64,000 bases of DNA from a virus (Duplodnaviria; Heunggongvirae; Uroviricota; Caudoviricetes). The notes beneath the pieces are model-generated. The model was not told where the DNA came from. It saw nothing but the letters and a program-made list of their open reading frames with translations, and did not search any database. Below are positions 20,047-31,016 of the stretch, in pieces. Location: IMG/VR virus record IMGVR_UViG_2923159863_000006; one strand, given 5' to 3'. The first letter of the stretch is position 1, and the number at the start of each line of letters is the position of its first letter. Position numbers and translations under genes: made by a program.

Positions 20047-20505
20047 TTATTCAGAGGCGCCTCGACAACAGCGTGCTGCGGCCCAAGCGAGAAATTGCCC
20101 GCCAGTTATGTGCAGTACTTCGGAGGGAGCGCTTCCACCGCCGCCGCCCTGCTTCACCCAATCCGCCGCAGAGGCCGTGCCCTTGGCAAGGTATTGGTCA
20201 CCGTTTGTCGTGTTTACGTAATGAGCGCCCACGCTGGGCGGGGCCGAGGGTGGAGCGCCAGCACCGGACAGGACGTGCGTAACAGTTGCCATCAGTTGTT
20301 CTCCATGATCAGGTTGTTTCCGGCGCCATCGACGAGAGCCGAACGCTCGCATCGACCAGGGCTCCTTCGGGAGTGCCCCCTCAAGGGCCGCGATTCGCGC
20401 TTGCAGTGCCATGAGATCGCCGGCCGTGACGGCTGCATAGATCGCCGACCCCGCCGGCCAGTTGCCGTCGGCGGTGGCTTCCTGGGCGCGCTCGATCGTC
20501 ACCAC
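20047..20505 (-). CDS. Tail-fibre-like protein (152 aa), possibly frameshifted
   Basis: Segment HYVNTTNGDQYLAKGTASAADWVKQ. Operon head. Confidence 0.3.
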   Translation of the reverse strand: MVTIERAQEATADGNWPAGSAIYAAVTAGDLMALQARIAALEGALPKEPWSMRAFGSRRWRRKQPDHGEQLMATVTHVLSGAGAPPSAPPSVGAHYVNTTNGDQYLAKGTASAADWVKQGGGGGSAPSEVLHITGGQFLAWAAARCCRGASE

Positions 20506-20689
20506 CCCACCGGCGCGGCGGTTGCTTTCACGATCTCATGCTGAGCGCCAGCGTCATCCGCCAGCGTCAACAGCACCAGCTACCGCCGGAGAGAGGCAGC
20601 AGCGGCGGCGGCATCCGGCACCGTCAGGCTCAACGCGCCAGGCGACAGCCCTACGCTCAGCGTCGTCTTCCAGTTGTTGATCCAGGCTC

Positions 20690-23135
20690 TCGCCATCGCT
20701 ACATCTCCAGTACGTCATCAGGTACAGCTACCCGGTAAGTGGCTGCGATCTCCGGCGCATGTTCATCCCGGTAGGTCTCCGGAATGTCTTTTGCTGTCAG
20801 CGAGAAGCCTGCTCGTTCAGCCGTCTTTCAGCGCGGGCGAGATGGCGCCTGCAACCTATGCCGTGTTGACCTGGCGCGCTACTACACCGGTCTGCGCACC
20901 TGTCGAAATTTCCAGGTTCTTCCCGAGGGGGGAGTCCAGAACCGGTCTGGTACGAAGTTCATCGCAGAGGTAAAGGGCAGCGCGAATTTCACTCGGCTGA
21001 TCCCTTCCAGTACTCGACCGAGCAGACCTATATCCTGGAATTCGGCAACCTGTATATCCGCTTCGTGAGCAATGGGGACAGGTTGTCAGTGGTTCGGTCC
21101 CGTATGAAATCGCAAGCCCGTACACGACTGCCGATCTGCGCGATCTGAAGTTCACTCAGTCTGCCGACGTTCTGACCATCGTTCACCCGAACTATGCCCC
21201 CGTGAACTGAAGCGTCTCGCTCCGACCAACTGGACTCTGACAACTATCGCGTTCCAGCCTGGTATCGCTGCGCCAACTGGTCTTTCGGGCTCTCCGCGGA
21301 CTGGTGGTTCTGGAGACACAACGAACTATAGGTATCGGGTTACGGCAGTCAGTTCGAAGGAACACCGGCTCGATAGAATCCTGGGCGAGCAATACCGTCA
21401 CTGTCGCTAGTTGGGATGGCAAGCCGGTGCCACCCTGTCCTGGACAGCCGTAACAGGTGCTGACCATTACAACATCTACAAGGACAAGTCCTCTGGCGTT
21501 TTCGGATACATCGGTCAGTCTGACACCACGTCGTTCAGCGACATCAATATCGCTCCTGACAACGACAAGACTGTTCCGATTGGATACAACCCGTTTACTG
21601 GTGGCAACAACCCATCGGTCGTAGGCTACTTCAGCAGCGGCTAGTCTTCGCTGCCAGCAAGGACCAGCCTCAAACTATCTGGATGAGTAGAGTTGGGGAC
21701 TTCCACAACTTCGGCTATTCAGATCCATACAAGGACGATGATGGCATCGAGTTCACAATTGCCAGTCGTGAGGTCAACCAGATTCGTCACCTCGTATCGC
21801 TGCGTGATCTTCTGGGCTGACCTCTGGCGCAGAGTGGTCGGTTAGTTCCTCGAAAGAAACCGGTATCACCCCTGAGTCGATCTCTGTCAGCGCTCAAAGC
21901 TACTTTGGGTCTAGTGGCGTGATTCCTGCCGTCTACGCCAATACTGCGCTTTACATCCAGGCCAGAGGCGGGAAGCTTTCGACGCTCGCCTATAACGATA
22001 TTGATGCCGGCTTCAGGCAAGCGACGTGAGCGTTCTTTTCGTCGCACCTACTGCGCGGGTACACCATCGAGGACCAAGCATTCACGCTGACGCCAAATGG
22101 CGTTCTGTGGATGGTCCGTAACGATGGTGTATTGCTCGGATTCACGTTCATGCCAGAGCAGCAGGTTTTCGCCTGGCATCGTCACGACACCGATGGTGAG
22201 GTTGAATCCGTAGCGACTGTTCCAGAGGGCGACGAAGATATCCTCTACATGATCGTCAAGCGCACGATCAACGGGTCTACCAAGCGTTACATCGAGCGCA
22301 TGCAGTCACGCCAGTTGAACAAGTTCGAAAGCGGCGATTACGTCTATGACCGCTCGTTCTTCGTCGACTGCGGCCTGACCTACGACGGGCGCGGCACCAT
22401 GAGCGCTACGTTAACTGGTGGGACTGACTGGAAATACCCGAACCCTCTGACCCTTGAGGCGCTGTCGGCTCCGTTCAACCCCGGGCATGTCGGGCGCTAT
22501 CTGATCCTCTACGGCGGTGGAGACGAGAACAACATCGGCGATGTGCTAACCGTCAAGATTCTCGCCTATGACTCCCCTGGCGTCGTTTCCGTGGAACCTC
22601 AGACTATCGTCCCTGAGTCCTTGCGCGGGATATCGGCAACGCGCTGGGGCTTCGCCGCAACCACCATCAGTGGGCTTGGCCATCTTGAGGGAAAGACGGT
22701 TTCGATTCTCGCAGACGGAAACGTCGCGCCTCAGGCGGTTGTCTCTGGGGTTCCATCACGCTGGATGGTCCTTCACTTGTTGTGCATGTCGGCCTCCCGA
22801 TCACTGCGGAGATAGAGACGCTAGATATCACCATGCAGAACCAGCAGGCGTTTCTCGGCAACAAGAAGCGCATCAACCAGCTTGTCGTTCTGCTCGAGCA
22901 GAGCCGTGGCTTCTGGGCGGGCGCTCGGAGTGATCGTTTGAGGGCCGCAAGTGGCTGGGAATACAAGCAGCGTGCGACAGAGAACTACGGCGAGCCTATC
23001 GAACTGAAGACAGGCAAGGCGGAGATCAGTATCAGCACAGACTGGACGGACGATGGCCGCATCTTCATCCGCCAAAGCGACCCGCTGCCCATTACGATCT
23101 TGGGAGTTCTTCCGAATGTCCAGGCCGGGGGCTGA
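20690..23135 (+). pseudogene. Large structural (tail-associated) gene or genes broken by several frameshifts; contains an FN3-like segment
   Basis: Protein-like segments shift through three frames (…TIVHPNYAPRELKRL…, LSWTAVTGADHYNIYKDKSSGVFGYIGQSDTTSF, …RTINGSTKRYIERM…, …GKAEISISTDWTDDGRIFIRQSDPLPITILGV). Confidence 0.4.
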
Positions 23136-23595
23136 GCTTAGGGCTGTCGACGAGCAGATTATTGCTCACGTTGTGGCCAATGTCCGCGAGACGGATCGAC
23201 TTGAGTTCGAGGCTATTCGTGGCGCCGATGTAGAGCAGGAGTTGCGCAACGCCCTGGAGCAAAGCGAAGAGGCATTTGTTCTGGTCAGTCGTGGTGAGCC
23301 TGTCGTCATCTTCGGGTGCATCCGATACGACGACCGAATCGGCGTACCCTGGATGATCAGCACGCATGCCGTTACCAGGCATCGCGCAGCCTTCCTCCAG
23401 GAGTGCAGGGATCAGATCGGCCGCATGCGTCAACGCTACGCGGCACTCATCAATTACACCGACGCCAGATATGAGCAGGCCCTGCGCTGGATGCAGTGGC
23501 TCGGCTTCGACATGCTCGATGCTGTCGAGTACGGCGTAAACGGTGAACTTTTCCACCCATTCACTATGCGAGGCGAACTATGGGCGCAGCATTAG
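23116..23595 (+). CDS. Hypothetical virion-associated protein
   Basis: Intact ORF in the structural operon. Confidence 0.4.
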   Translation: MSRPGAELRAVDEQIIAHVVANVRETDRLEFEAIRGADVEQELRNALEQSEEAFVLVSRGEPVVIFGCIRYDDRIGVPWMISTHAVTRHRAAFLQECRDQIGRMRQRYAALINYTDARYEQALRWMQWLGFDMLDAVEYGVNGELFHPFTMRGELWAQH

Positions 23596-24052
23596 CACCA
23601 GCAGCGGCGGCGGCTTCTGTAGGTGGGGAATCCTTAGTGCCTATTCGCAGATTCAGCAGGGCAAGGATGCTGTACGCACCGCGAACCGACAGCAGGCCTA
23701 TCTAAATCGCCAGGCACGCCAGGTGCTGGACCAAGGCGAATTCGAAGACGCTCAATTGTACGAGCAGGGGCGGCAGGTCGTTGGCGCCCAACGTGCCGGG
23801 TTCGCGGCTAACGGCGTAGACGTGAACAGCGGAAGCGCGTCCCGTGTTCAAGAGTCGACGATGAATCAGGTTGCCATGGATGCGGAGCAGGTCAGGCGCA
23901 ACGCATTCAGCCAGGCGTTTGGCCTGGTCACGCAGGGTAACGAAGGGATTCGCCAGGCCCGCGCCGACTATCGCACTCGTCGCCTGAATGCCTTCAGTTC
24001 TCTTCTCACTGGCGGCTCGCAAGCCTACGGCAACTACAGGGCGCTTTCCTGA
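23543..24052 (+). CDS. Hypothetical virion protein (169 aa)
   Basis: ORF. Start uncertain. Confidence 0.35.
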   Translation: MNFSTHSLCEANYGRSISTSSGGGFCRWGILSAYSQIQQGKDAVRTANRQQAYLNRQARQVLDQGEFEDAQLYEQGRQVVGAQRAGFAANGVDVNSGSASRVQESTMNQVAMDAEQVRRNAFSQAFGLVTQGNEGIRQARADYRTRRLNAFSSLLTGGSQAYGNYRALS

Positions 24053-26088
24053 TGGCAGCACAGATCCCGCAATATCGGCGCAGGGTAGGCTCTGACGTCG
24101 CACAGGCGCCCCGCGCGCTTGGCCAGAGCGTTGATGCGTCAGGCCTGGCCCAAGGTTTGTCGAGCGTATCCAACGCGATAACTCAGATATCGCTGAAGGA
24201 GAAACAAGAGGCCGACCAGACTGCGCTCATCGACTTCAGCACGAAGGTTGATCAGCTCCGAAATGATCTGATGTACAACCCAGAAACTGGAGCTATGACA
24301 AAAAAGGGCGGCGCCGCCCTGAATGTAACCGGAAAGACCGTCGGCGCGTTTGATGAGCGAACCGCTCAGCTTATCGACGGCCTGGCAAATGAGGATCAAC
24401 GACGCCAGGCAAAGCAGTATGTTGCAAAGTCGAGGACTGATTTTGAGGGGACTCTTGGTCGGTACGAGTTCAAACAGCAGCAAGCGTATAAGGATCAGGT
24501 CGATCTGGCCGCAATCGCCACGGCGCAGAACACTGCGGCACTGAACTACAACGACCCTAAAGCTGTAGAGGAAAGCCGAAGCCGAATCGACGGGATACTT
24601 CAGCTTCAGGCTCAACGCAATGGCTGGGGCCCAGAGGTATTGGAGGCTAGACGGCAGAAGGTCGGCAGCGAGATGTACGCCGACGTTCTTCAGCGCCAAG
24701 CTGCCGAGGATCCATATCGAGCACAGAAAACTCTGAAAGAGGTCCAGGGCTCTCTTACTGCTGATGATCTGGTTCGTGTTGGCGGCATGATTGAAAGCAA
24801 GATAGACCGGCTTCAACAAAAGGCCGAGATGGCCGCTCTTCGCCGAGAGAACGCAGCTCAGCAGACGCTTAACAAGATCAATGCTCAGATAGCTAGCGGC
24901 GTACCTGCTAGCGATGAAATGTGGAAGGAGTGGAGTCGGTCAGTGCAGGGTACTTCTGCACAGAAAGATTTTCAGGAGTTGGTCTCTCAGGAGGTTGAAA
25001 CTCAAAAGGTTCTCAACGGGATGCCTATTGATCAGCAGGCCATGTATGTGAACCAGAAAGCTGCTGAACTCCAAAAGAACGGGGGCACTCTTGCAGAGGC
25101 CAACAATCTGGCCCGCCTTGGCCGCGCTATAGCTGCAAGCAGCAAGATGCTTGGCGAGGCGCCTCTCGAATATTTCCAGACTCGCCTTGGCGGTGAAGTC
25201 CAACCAATAGACCTTAGTTCTGATGATCTGCCTGACGTGCTATCGCAGCGCATCACCGCTATTCGCAGCTTGCAAGACAAGTTCGGGCAAACGGTTTCAA
25301 TGAAGCCACTACTGCCGCAGGAAGCAAAACAGCTTAGCGCACAGGTCGAAGGTATGAGCCCACAACAGCAAAGTGAGCTTTTTGGCAAGCTACATACTGC
25401 TATGGGTGATGATCGCGCCTATGCCGGGGCAATGCAGCAGATCGCTCCTGACTCTCCAATCAGGGCTCTTACCGGTATGCTAGCAGGGAAACAAAGAAGC
25501 CTTGTGACGGAGACAAAATGGTTCAGGCCTGATGTTGAAGTTACCAGCGGCGACGTAGCGCGCACAATGGCGACTGGAGAGAGCATCCTGAACAAGACGA
25601 GAGCGCAGAGGCAGGCAGATGGCGCATCGACAAAGTACCCGATTCCTCCAGAGAAGGAATTTGTGGTTGAGCTTGATAAACAACTAGGAGGGGTATTTGC
25701 AGGTCAGCCGCAATCTTATGGCCTTGCTCTCCAGGCTGTTAAAGCTTATTACACCGGAGCCGCTGCCGAGCAGGGAATTGCTAGCGCTGATGTTGACAGC
25801 GATCTTATGAATAAAGCCATAAAGGCCTCTATTGGCAGCGTCGTCGACTTTAACGGACAAAAGACGATAGCTCCTTGGGGTATGAGTGGTTCGGACTTTG
25901 AGCCTGCCGCTAGGGCAAGCATCGAGCAGTTGCTGGATGAACAAGGCGCATCCGATCTTGATAAAGCGATGATCGATAATTACACGCTTCGCCAGGCTCG
26001 TGACGGAGTCTACTACGTCATGCAGGGACAGCAGTTCAAATATGGCACGGACGGCAAGCCATTGATTATCAAGGTTGGTGGCCAATGA
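24052..26088 (+). CDS. Internal virion / DNA-ejection protein (678 aa)
   Basis: First of three large, overlapping, alpha-helical genes directly upstream of a sieA-position gene and the tailspike, the same layout as P22 gp7/gp20/gp16. Confidence 0.55.
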   Translation: MAAQIPQYRRRVGSDVAQAPRALGQSVDASGLAQGLSSVSNAITQISLKEKQEADQTALIDFSTKVDQLRNDLMYNPETGAMTKKGGAALNVTGKTVGAFDERTAQLIDGLANEDQRRQAKQYVAKSRTDFEGTLGRYEFKQQQAYKDQVDLAAIATAQNTAALNYNDPKAVEESRSRIDGILQLQAQRNGWGPEVLEARRQKVGSEMYADVLQRQAAEDPYRAQKTLKEVQGSLTADDLVRVGGMIESKIDRLQQKAEMAALRRENAAQQTLNKINAQIASGVPASDEMWKEWSRSVQGTSAQKDFQELVSQEVETQKVLNGMPIDQQAMYVNQKAAELQKNGGTLAEANNLARLGRAIAASSKMLGEAPLEYFQTRLGGEVQPIDLSSDDLPDVLSQRITAIRSLQDKFGQTVSMKPLLPQEAKQLSAQVEGMSPQQQSELFGKLHTAMGDDRAYAGAMQQIAPDSPIRALTGMLAGKQRSLVTETKWFRPDVEVTSGDVARTMATGESILNKTRAQRQADGASTKYPIPPEKEFVVELDKQLGGVFAGQPQSYGLALQAVKAYYTGAAAEQGIASADVDSDLMNKAIKASIGSVVDFNGQKTIAPWGMSGSDFEPAARASIEQLLDEQGASDLDKAMIDNYTLRQARDGVYYVMQGQQFKYGTDGKPLIIKVGGQ

Positions 26089-28007
26089 GCTTCATCGGTG
26101 ACTTGGCGTTTGAGGATCAACGCGCGCTAGAAGATGAGGCGCTAGCCAATCCCGCAGTAAATGACACATCTCCAGATTTTTGGGATGGGTCGCTTGATTC
26201 TATTGGCACGGGCTTCATCCGTGGAGCGTTTGAGGCTGCATCGTCGGTAGAAGCAGGTTTTAACAATCTCTGGATCAGCGGGCTGGATGCCGCTGCATCT
26301 GCATTCTTGCCTGAGCCTCGCGGTGGCGGCACGCCTAGCGTAACTGATGCGGAAACAATGTTGCGCGATGAGCAGGCCAAGGCGAATGCTGAATACATCA
26401 CAAACCTTCGACCAGATCCTGAAACTACCGGCATGGCAGCCCAGGTTACTGGCGAACTGGCAGCCGTAATCCCTCGCACCATCGCAGGTTTTGCTGCCGG
26501 GGGGCCAGTTGGAGGAGCAATTGCCGCAGGCGCTCCGGCTGGATATGCAGGCGCTATTGAGGCTGAAGCGCAGGGAATTGACCCTGAGACGGCTAGAATT
26601 AAAGGTGCTATCGACGCTGCCACATATGGGATTGGTGCACTGATGCCGGCAGCTAGGTTCGTCGGCGCTGCTGTTCCTGACTTTGCTGTAACGGTTGGGG
26701 CAAACGTCGGCCTCGGTGTTGCATCTCGCGGCGGGACTGCTGCGCTACTGGAAGCTAATGGTTACACCCAGCAGGCCCAGCAGTATAAGGCCCTTGACGC
26801 CACTAGCATGGCGGTTGACGCTGTTCTTGGAGCGGCATTCTGGGGTGTAGGGAGGATCGGCGCTCGCGCTCCTCAGCAAGATATAGACGCAGCACTGGCA
26901 GCAAACAACAGCGGCCATGCGCAAGATGGATCGGCCCCAGGGGCTCCGGTTGACCCTGCCTCATCAGTTGCCCATCAAAGCGCTCTGGACTTGGCTATCA
27001 GGCAATTATCCCGAAATGAACCCGTAGACCTTTCGCCTATTGCGCCTTTGGTGGATAGAGCCGAGTTCCTTCGCGGTAATCGTGTTGGGCCAGATGACGC
27101 GGCTATCCGCTCAGCTGCGGAGCAGGAAGTTATCCCGCTGATTCGCCAGGAACTTGAGGCGGAAGCTGGCGGACGCTCAGGCGTCATTAACGACTTAAAG
27201 GTGGAGCGCGCATATCTCAGCTCGGAACTGTCGCGCATCGCAGACACATTCAAAAGCCGCGCCAAGGACTTCCAAGGCCAGCGAATGTCGCGTAAGCAGG
27301 CAGAGTCTGCCGCTCGCCGCGCGATAGCTAGTGAGCGCGCTTCGCTTCAAACCAGAATTACCGAGATAGATCGAGTTTTTTCCGAGAACCGTGCAGCAGA
27401 GCGTGCAGCCGGGGAAATAAACCAGATTGACCGAGGTGAAATCCCGGCGCGATTCATGGACCGCATTGCTTCACGCGAGGCGGAAATTAAGGATGGTTAT
27501 CGCAAGACCGCTCTTGTAAGCAGTGTCAGTCCTGATCGAGGCGCTGCACTTATGCGCCTTGCCAACGATGAGATTCGGAAAATCCTTCCAGAGCAATTCC
27601 CCAATCAGTCTGCTCCTGATGCTACCTCAGTGCGCACCCCTGAGCGTGATGCCGCATCCGCTGTAGATGATGCGCTAGCGAATCCAGGCCGAGGTATCTC
27701 TCGCGCCACGCCTCGCACCGACGAGGCGGCTAGGTCTGGCGGCCCAGAGAGTCAAGCAAGACCCAAATCTTCCGGGCGAGCCGATGAAAGCGAACTGGAT
27801 CCAGTGGTTTCGGATTTGGTCCAGTCAATTATGGCAGGAGAGCGCGAAATAATGCTGCCCACTGGAGCGGTTGATGCGGACGGGAATATGGTCACTGTCT
27901 CGGCCCGCGAGCTACTTGAGCAGGCGGACGCTCAGGTGGCGCGCGCCGAGAATGACTCCAAGGGAATTATTGCTGCTGCGCTTTGTGCGCTGAGGTTTGG
28001 AAACTGA
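26085..28007 (+). CDS. Internal virion / ejection protein with Gly/Ala-rich membrane-like segments (640 aa)
   Basis: AGGPVGGAIAAGAPAGYAGAIEA...VGLGVASRGG. ATGA overlap with the upstream gene. Confidence 0.55.
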   Translation: MSFIGDLAFEDQRALEDEALANPAVNDTSPDFWDGSLDSIGTGFIRGAFEAASSVEAGFNNLWISGLDAAASAFLPEPRGGGTPSVTDAETMLRDEQAKANAEYITNLRPDPETTGMAAQVTGELAAVIPRTIAGFAAGGPVGGAIAAGAPAGYAGAIEAEAQGIDPETARIKGAIDAATYGIGALMPAARFVGAAVPDFAVTVGANVGLGVASRGGTAALLEANGYTQQAQQYKALDATSMAVDAVLGAAFWGVGRIGARAPQQDIDAALAANNSGHAQDGSAPGAPVDPASSVAHQSALDLAIRQLSRNEPVDLSPIAPLVDRAEFLRGNRVGPDDAAIRSAAEQEVIPLIRQELEAEAGGRSGVINDLKVERAYLSSELSRIADTFKSRAKDFQGQRMSRKQAESAARRAIASERASLQTRITEIDRVFSENRAAERAAGEINQIDRGEIPARFMDRIASREAEIKDGYRKTALVSSVSPDRGAALMRLANDEIRKILPEQFPNQSAPDATSVRTPERDAASAVDDALANPGRGISRATPRTDEAARSGGPESQARPKSSGRADESELDPVVSDLVQSIMAGEREIMLPTGAVDADGNMVTVSARELLEQADAQVARAENDSKGIIAAALCALRFGN

Positions 28008-30550
28008 TGAGACGGCAATGTATTCAAGCTGTGCAGCAGGCGATTGGGCGCCCGCTCAATCAGCCAGAAATCAAGGATATCGAGGCGCGCATATCTCGCA
28101 ACATGAGGGAGCTTGCGCGTATCGACCCGAACTGGCAGACGCTTACTCGTAATGACCGGATTACAGCCGCTGGCCAGCGCGCCGCGAATGAACTAACCGC
28201 CGAGGCTGCAAAGGCGCGTCAGCGCACAGCGCTCACTATCCTTGCCCATGATCGCGTGCAAAACTTTCTAGAGGGGTATGACGGCAACCGTCTTGAGGCC
28301 TTGGATAGAATCCTAGCATTCTCTTCTGATTACCCAGGAATCCAGTCAATCGAATCTGCATCTCGCGCAATCCGAGACGAGGCAATGGGTCGCTTGCTAG
28401 ATGTTATCGACCAGACGCGCGGTCGATTTCTTGGTCTTATCGCGAACCGCGAAGGCACCACTGCGCTGGTGCGCGAACTTCATGGAGAAGATTCCGGGGT
28501 TCCGGCAGCGCGTGAGGCGGCGCGCCAATACCATGAGGTTGCCGAGAGCCTTCGCCAGCGCTTCAATAGGGCGGGCGGTGATATTGGTCGGCTAGATGAC
28601 TGGGCTTTGCCCCGTGGGCATTCTCAATACCGTATCGCTCGCGACCTTGCCGGCTGGGTTGACCAACACATGGGTTGGGTTGATCGCAGCCGCTACCTGA
28701 ACGAAGACGGAACCCGCATGACGGATGACCAGCTTCGTGATTTCCTGACTCATGCCGGGACAACGCTAGCGACTGGTGGAGTGAACAAAGTCGAGCCAGG
28801 AAGGGTCGGCGGAAGTGGGATGCGTGCGAATAGAGGCAGCGAGTCTCGCCAGATCCACTACCGTGACGCAGATGCATACATGGCTGCGCAGGAAGCGTAT
28901 GGCGACAAGAATATTATGGATCTGATGTTTGGCCATATTGACCAGATTTCTCGCGACATCGCGCTTGTTGAAACTTTAGGGCCGAATCCGAACCACGCGT
29001 TCAAATATTTCTCAGAATCTGCATTCCAGCATGAGGCTGTGTCATCGCCGAGAGATATAAGTCGGCGCCTTAACAAGCAGCGTAAGCGGCTAGATTACCT
29101 TTACACCGAGGTTGCTGGTACGCGCGAGCCGCCCGTCTCTGCGCGCATTGCAAACTGGTTCGATACATATCGCGGGATTAACGTAGCATCTAGGCTGGGT
29201 AGTGCGGTAATTACGGGGTTTTCTGACCAGGGAACAATCGCACTTACCGCAAAGATGAATGGCATGCCAGTAATGAGGGTCTTTTCCAATGAGGCGAAGA
29301 TGCTCAACCCGCTGAATGACCAGCATCGCCGCATTGCCAGTCGCGCTGGTTTGGGCATTGACCAGCTAATGGGTAGCATGGCGCGCTGGGGGGCTGACGG
29401 TCTTGGCCATGACGCTGAAGTGGCAGGTCGAGCATCGGGTTACTCGCAGACAGCGGCAACAACGCTTCTCCGCGCGTCAGGCATGAATGCTATTGATGCA
29501 GCCAACCGGCGTGCTTTTGGCGCAACCATGATGGATGCTGTCGGATACCTAACGCGCAACCACGAATCCATGTCCTCTCTTGAAGCAGGGGATCGGGCAA
29601 GGCTGCGCAATATGGGTGTGACGGATACCGACTTCTCTGTTTGGCGCTTGGCTGAAACTGAAGACTGGCGCGGCATAGGAGACACCATCCTGACTGCGGG
29701 TAGCATCTACAGGATCACAGACGAGGCTCTTTCAGATATTTCCGCGCGAACACGTACCAGCCCGCAGCGTTTGAGAGACCAGGCCGCCACCAAGTTACTC
29801 GGCTCCGTTCTTGATGAAACCAACATGGCTATCCCTGCGCCAGGGGCTAGGGAGAGAGCATTCATGCATGGGGGCAAAGCCCGTGGAGAGTGGGGCGGCG
29901 AGCTTGCTCGATCCTTCTGGCAGTTCAAGTCCTACTCTGTGTCCATGGTCATGAAGCACTGGAAGAGAGCTTTCGCTCAGCAAACCGGCTGGGGAAAGGC
30001 CGGCTATATGGCGGCGATCTTCGCAAGCACAACTGTGCTTGGAGCTATTTCCCTTCAGCTTAACGAGATAGCCAGCGGGCGCGACCCAAAAAACATGCTA
30101 GACGCCGATGATACGACTGGTGTTCCAGGTCTTCGATTTGCTTTGGCTGCAATGCTTAAAGGGGGCGCCCTGTCTATCTATGGCGACTTCCTATTCTCGG
30201 ATACGACCAGCTATGGAACCTCTCCGCTTGCAGCAATCGGAGGCCCCGTAGCCGGGGACATTGAGGCGCTATTCAAAATCAGAGGGACGGCACAGGACCT
30301 AAAAGGCGACCAGCTTGGAGGGAACCTTGTGAAATTCGCAAAGAGCCACATCCCTGGAGCAAACCTCTGGTACACCAAAGCTGCCACTGATCACATGATC
30401 TTCCACCAGTTGCAAGAGTACTTCTCTCCCGGCTACCTTCGTCGCATGGAGCAGAGAGCCCGCAAGGAATTCGGGCAAAGCTACTGGTGGGAGCCTGGAG
30501 ATTACACCCCTCGAAGAGCGCCAGCCTTAGAATCTGCTTTTGGGCCTTAG
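27983..30550 (+). CDS. Internal virion / ejection protein (855 aa)
   Basis: Third large gene of the set. C-terminal hydrophobic segment. Confidence 0.55.
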   Translation: MCAEVWKLMRRQCIQAVQQAIGRPLNQPEIKDIEARISRNMRELARIDPNWQTLTRNDRITAAGQRAANELTAEAAKARQRTALTILAHDRVQNFLEGYDGNRLEALDRILAFSSDYPGIQSIESASRAIRDEAMGRLLDVIDQTRGRFLGLIANREGTTALVRELHGEDSGVPAAREAARQYHEVAESLRQRFNRAGGDIGRLDDWALPRGHSQYRIARDLAGWVDQHMGWVDRSRYLNEDGTRMTDDQLRDFLTHAGTTLATGGVNKVEPGRVGGSGMRANRGSESRQIHYRDADAYMAAQEAYGDKNIMDLMFGHIDQISRDIALVETLGPNPNHAFKYFSESAFQHEAVSSPRDISRRLNKQRKRLDYLYTEVAGTREPPVSARIANWFDTYRGINVASRLGSAVITGFSDQGTIALTAKMNGMPVMRVFSNEAKMLNPLNDQHRRIASRAGLGIDQLMGSMARWGADGLGHDAEVAGRASGYSQTAATTLLRASGMNAIDAANRRAFGATMMDAVGYLTRNHESMSSLEAGDRARLRNMGVTDTDFSVWRLAETEDWRGIGDTILTAGSIYRITDEALSDISARTRTSPQRLRDQAATKLLGSVLDETNMAIPAPGARERAFMHGGKARGEWGGELARSFWQFKSYSVSMVMKHWKRAFAQQTGWGKAGYMAAIFASTTVLGAISLQLNEIASGRDPKNMLDADDTTGVPGLRFALAAMLKGGALSIYGDFLFSDTTSYGTSPLAAIGGPVAGDIEALFKIRGTAQDLKGDQLGGNLVKFAKSHIPGANLWYTKAATDHMIFHQLQEYFSPGYLRRMEQRARKEFGQSYWWEPGDYTPRRAPALESAFGP

Positions 30551-30567
30551 CTGGTATTGGTTTTGAT

Positions 30568-30918
30568 ATGGAGATTTCTATGAGCTTTTGGGATTTAACT
30601 TCATTTATAGGTCTAGGCGCCGCCCTGTCTTTTGGGCAGACACACAAGAGAGTTTCATCTGGTTTATATGCTGACATTTGTGGGATTTTGATAATCCCGT
30701 GCGTCATATCAATACTTTGGTCTATGTCTCTTGTTTTTTCATGGTGGACTATAGCTATATTTTTGGTTATGTCGCTTGTTGTTGGTTTTATTAACGGTAC
30801 ATTTCTTAGGTCTGGCTTCGGAATGGAGTCACTTGTATCTATGCAGCCAATATTAGGTACGACGTTTGTTGTGTGTAGCATTTCTTCTTGGTGGCCGGCA
30901 ATATCTAAACTGATTTAG
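30568..30918 (+). CDS. AT-rich multi-TM membrane protein in the sieA position (candidate superinfection-exclusion moron)
   Basis: GC about 38 percent. Three to four hydrophobic helices. Sits between the ejection genes and the tailspike. Confidence 0.45.
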   Translation: MEISMSFWDLTSFIGLGAALSFGQTHKRVSSGLYADICGILIIPCVISILWSMSLVFSWWTIAIFLVMSLVVGFINGTFLRSGFGMESLVSMQPILGTTFVVCSISSWWPAISKLI

Positions 30919-31016
30919 AGATAGAGGCGCCATCAACCGGAACGCCTAGTCTAGTTAACCCCCCCCCAGAGAACCCCGCACTTCGCGGGGTTTTCGCATT
31001 TCTGGAGCATCGAAAA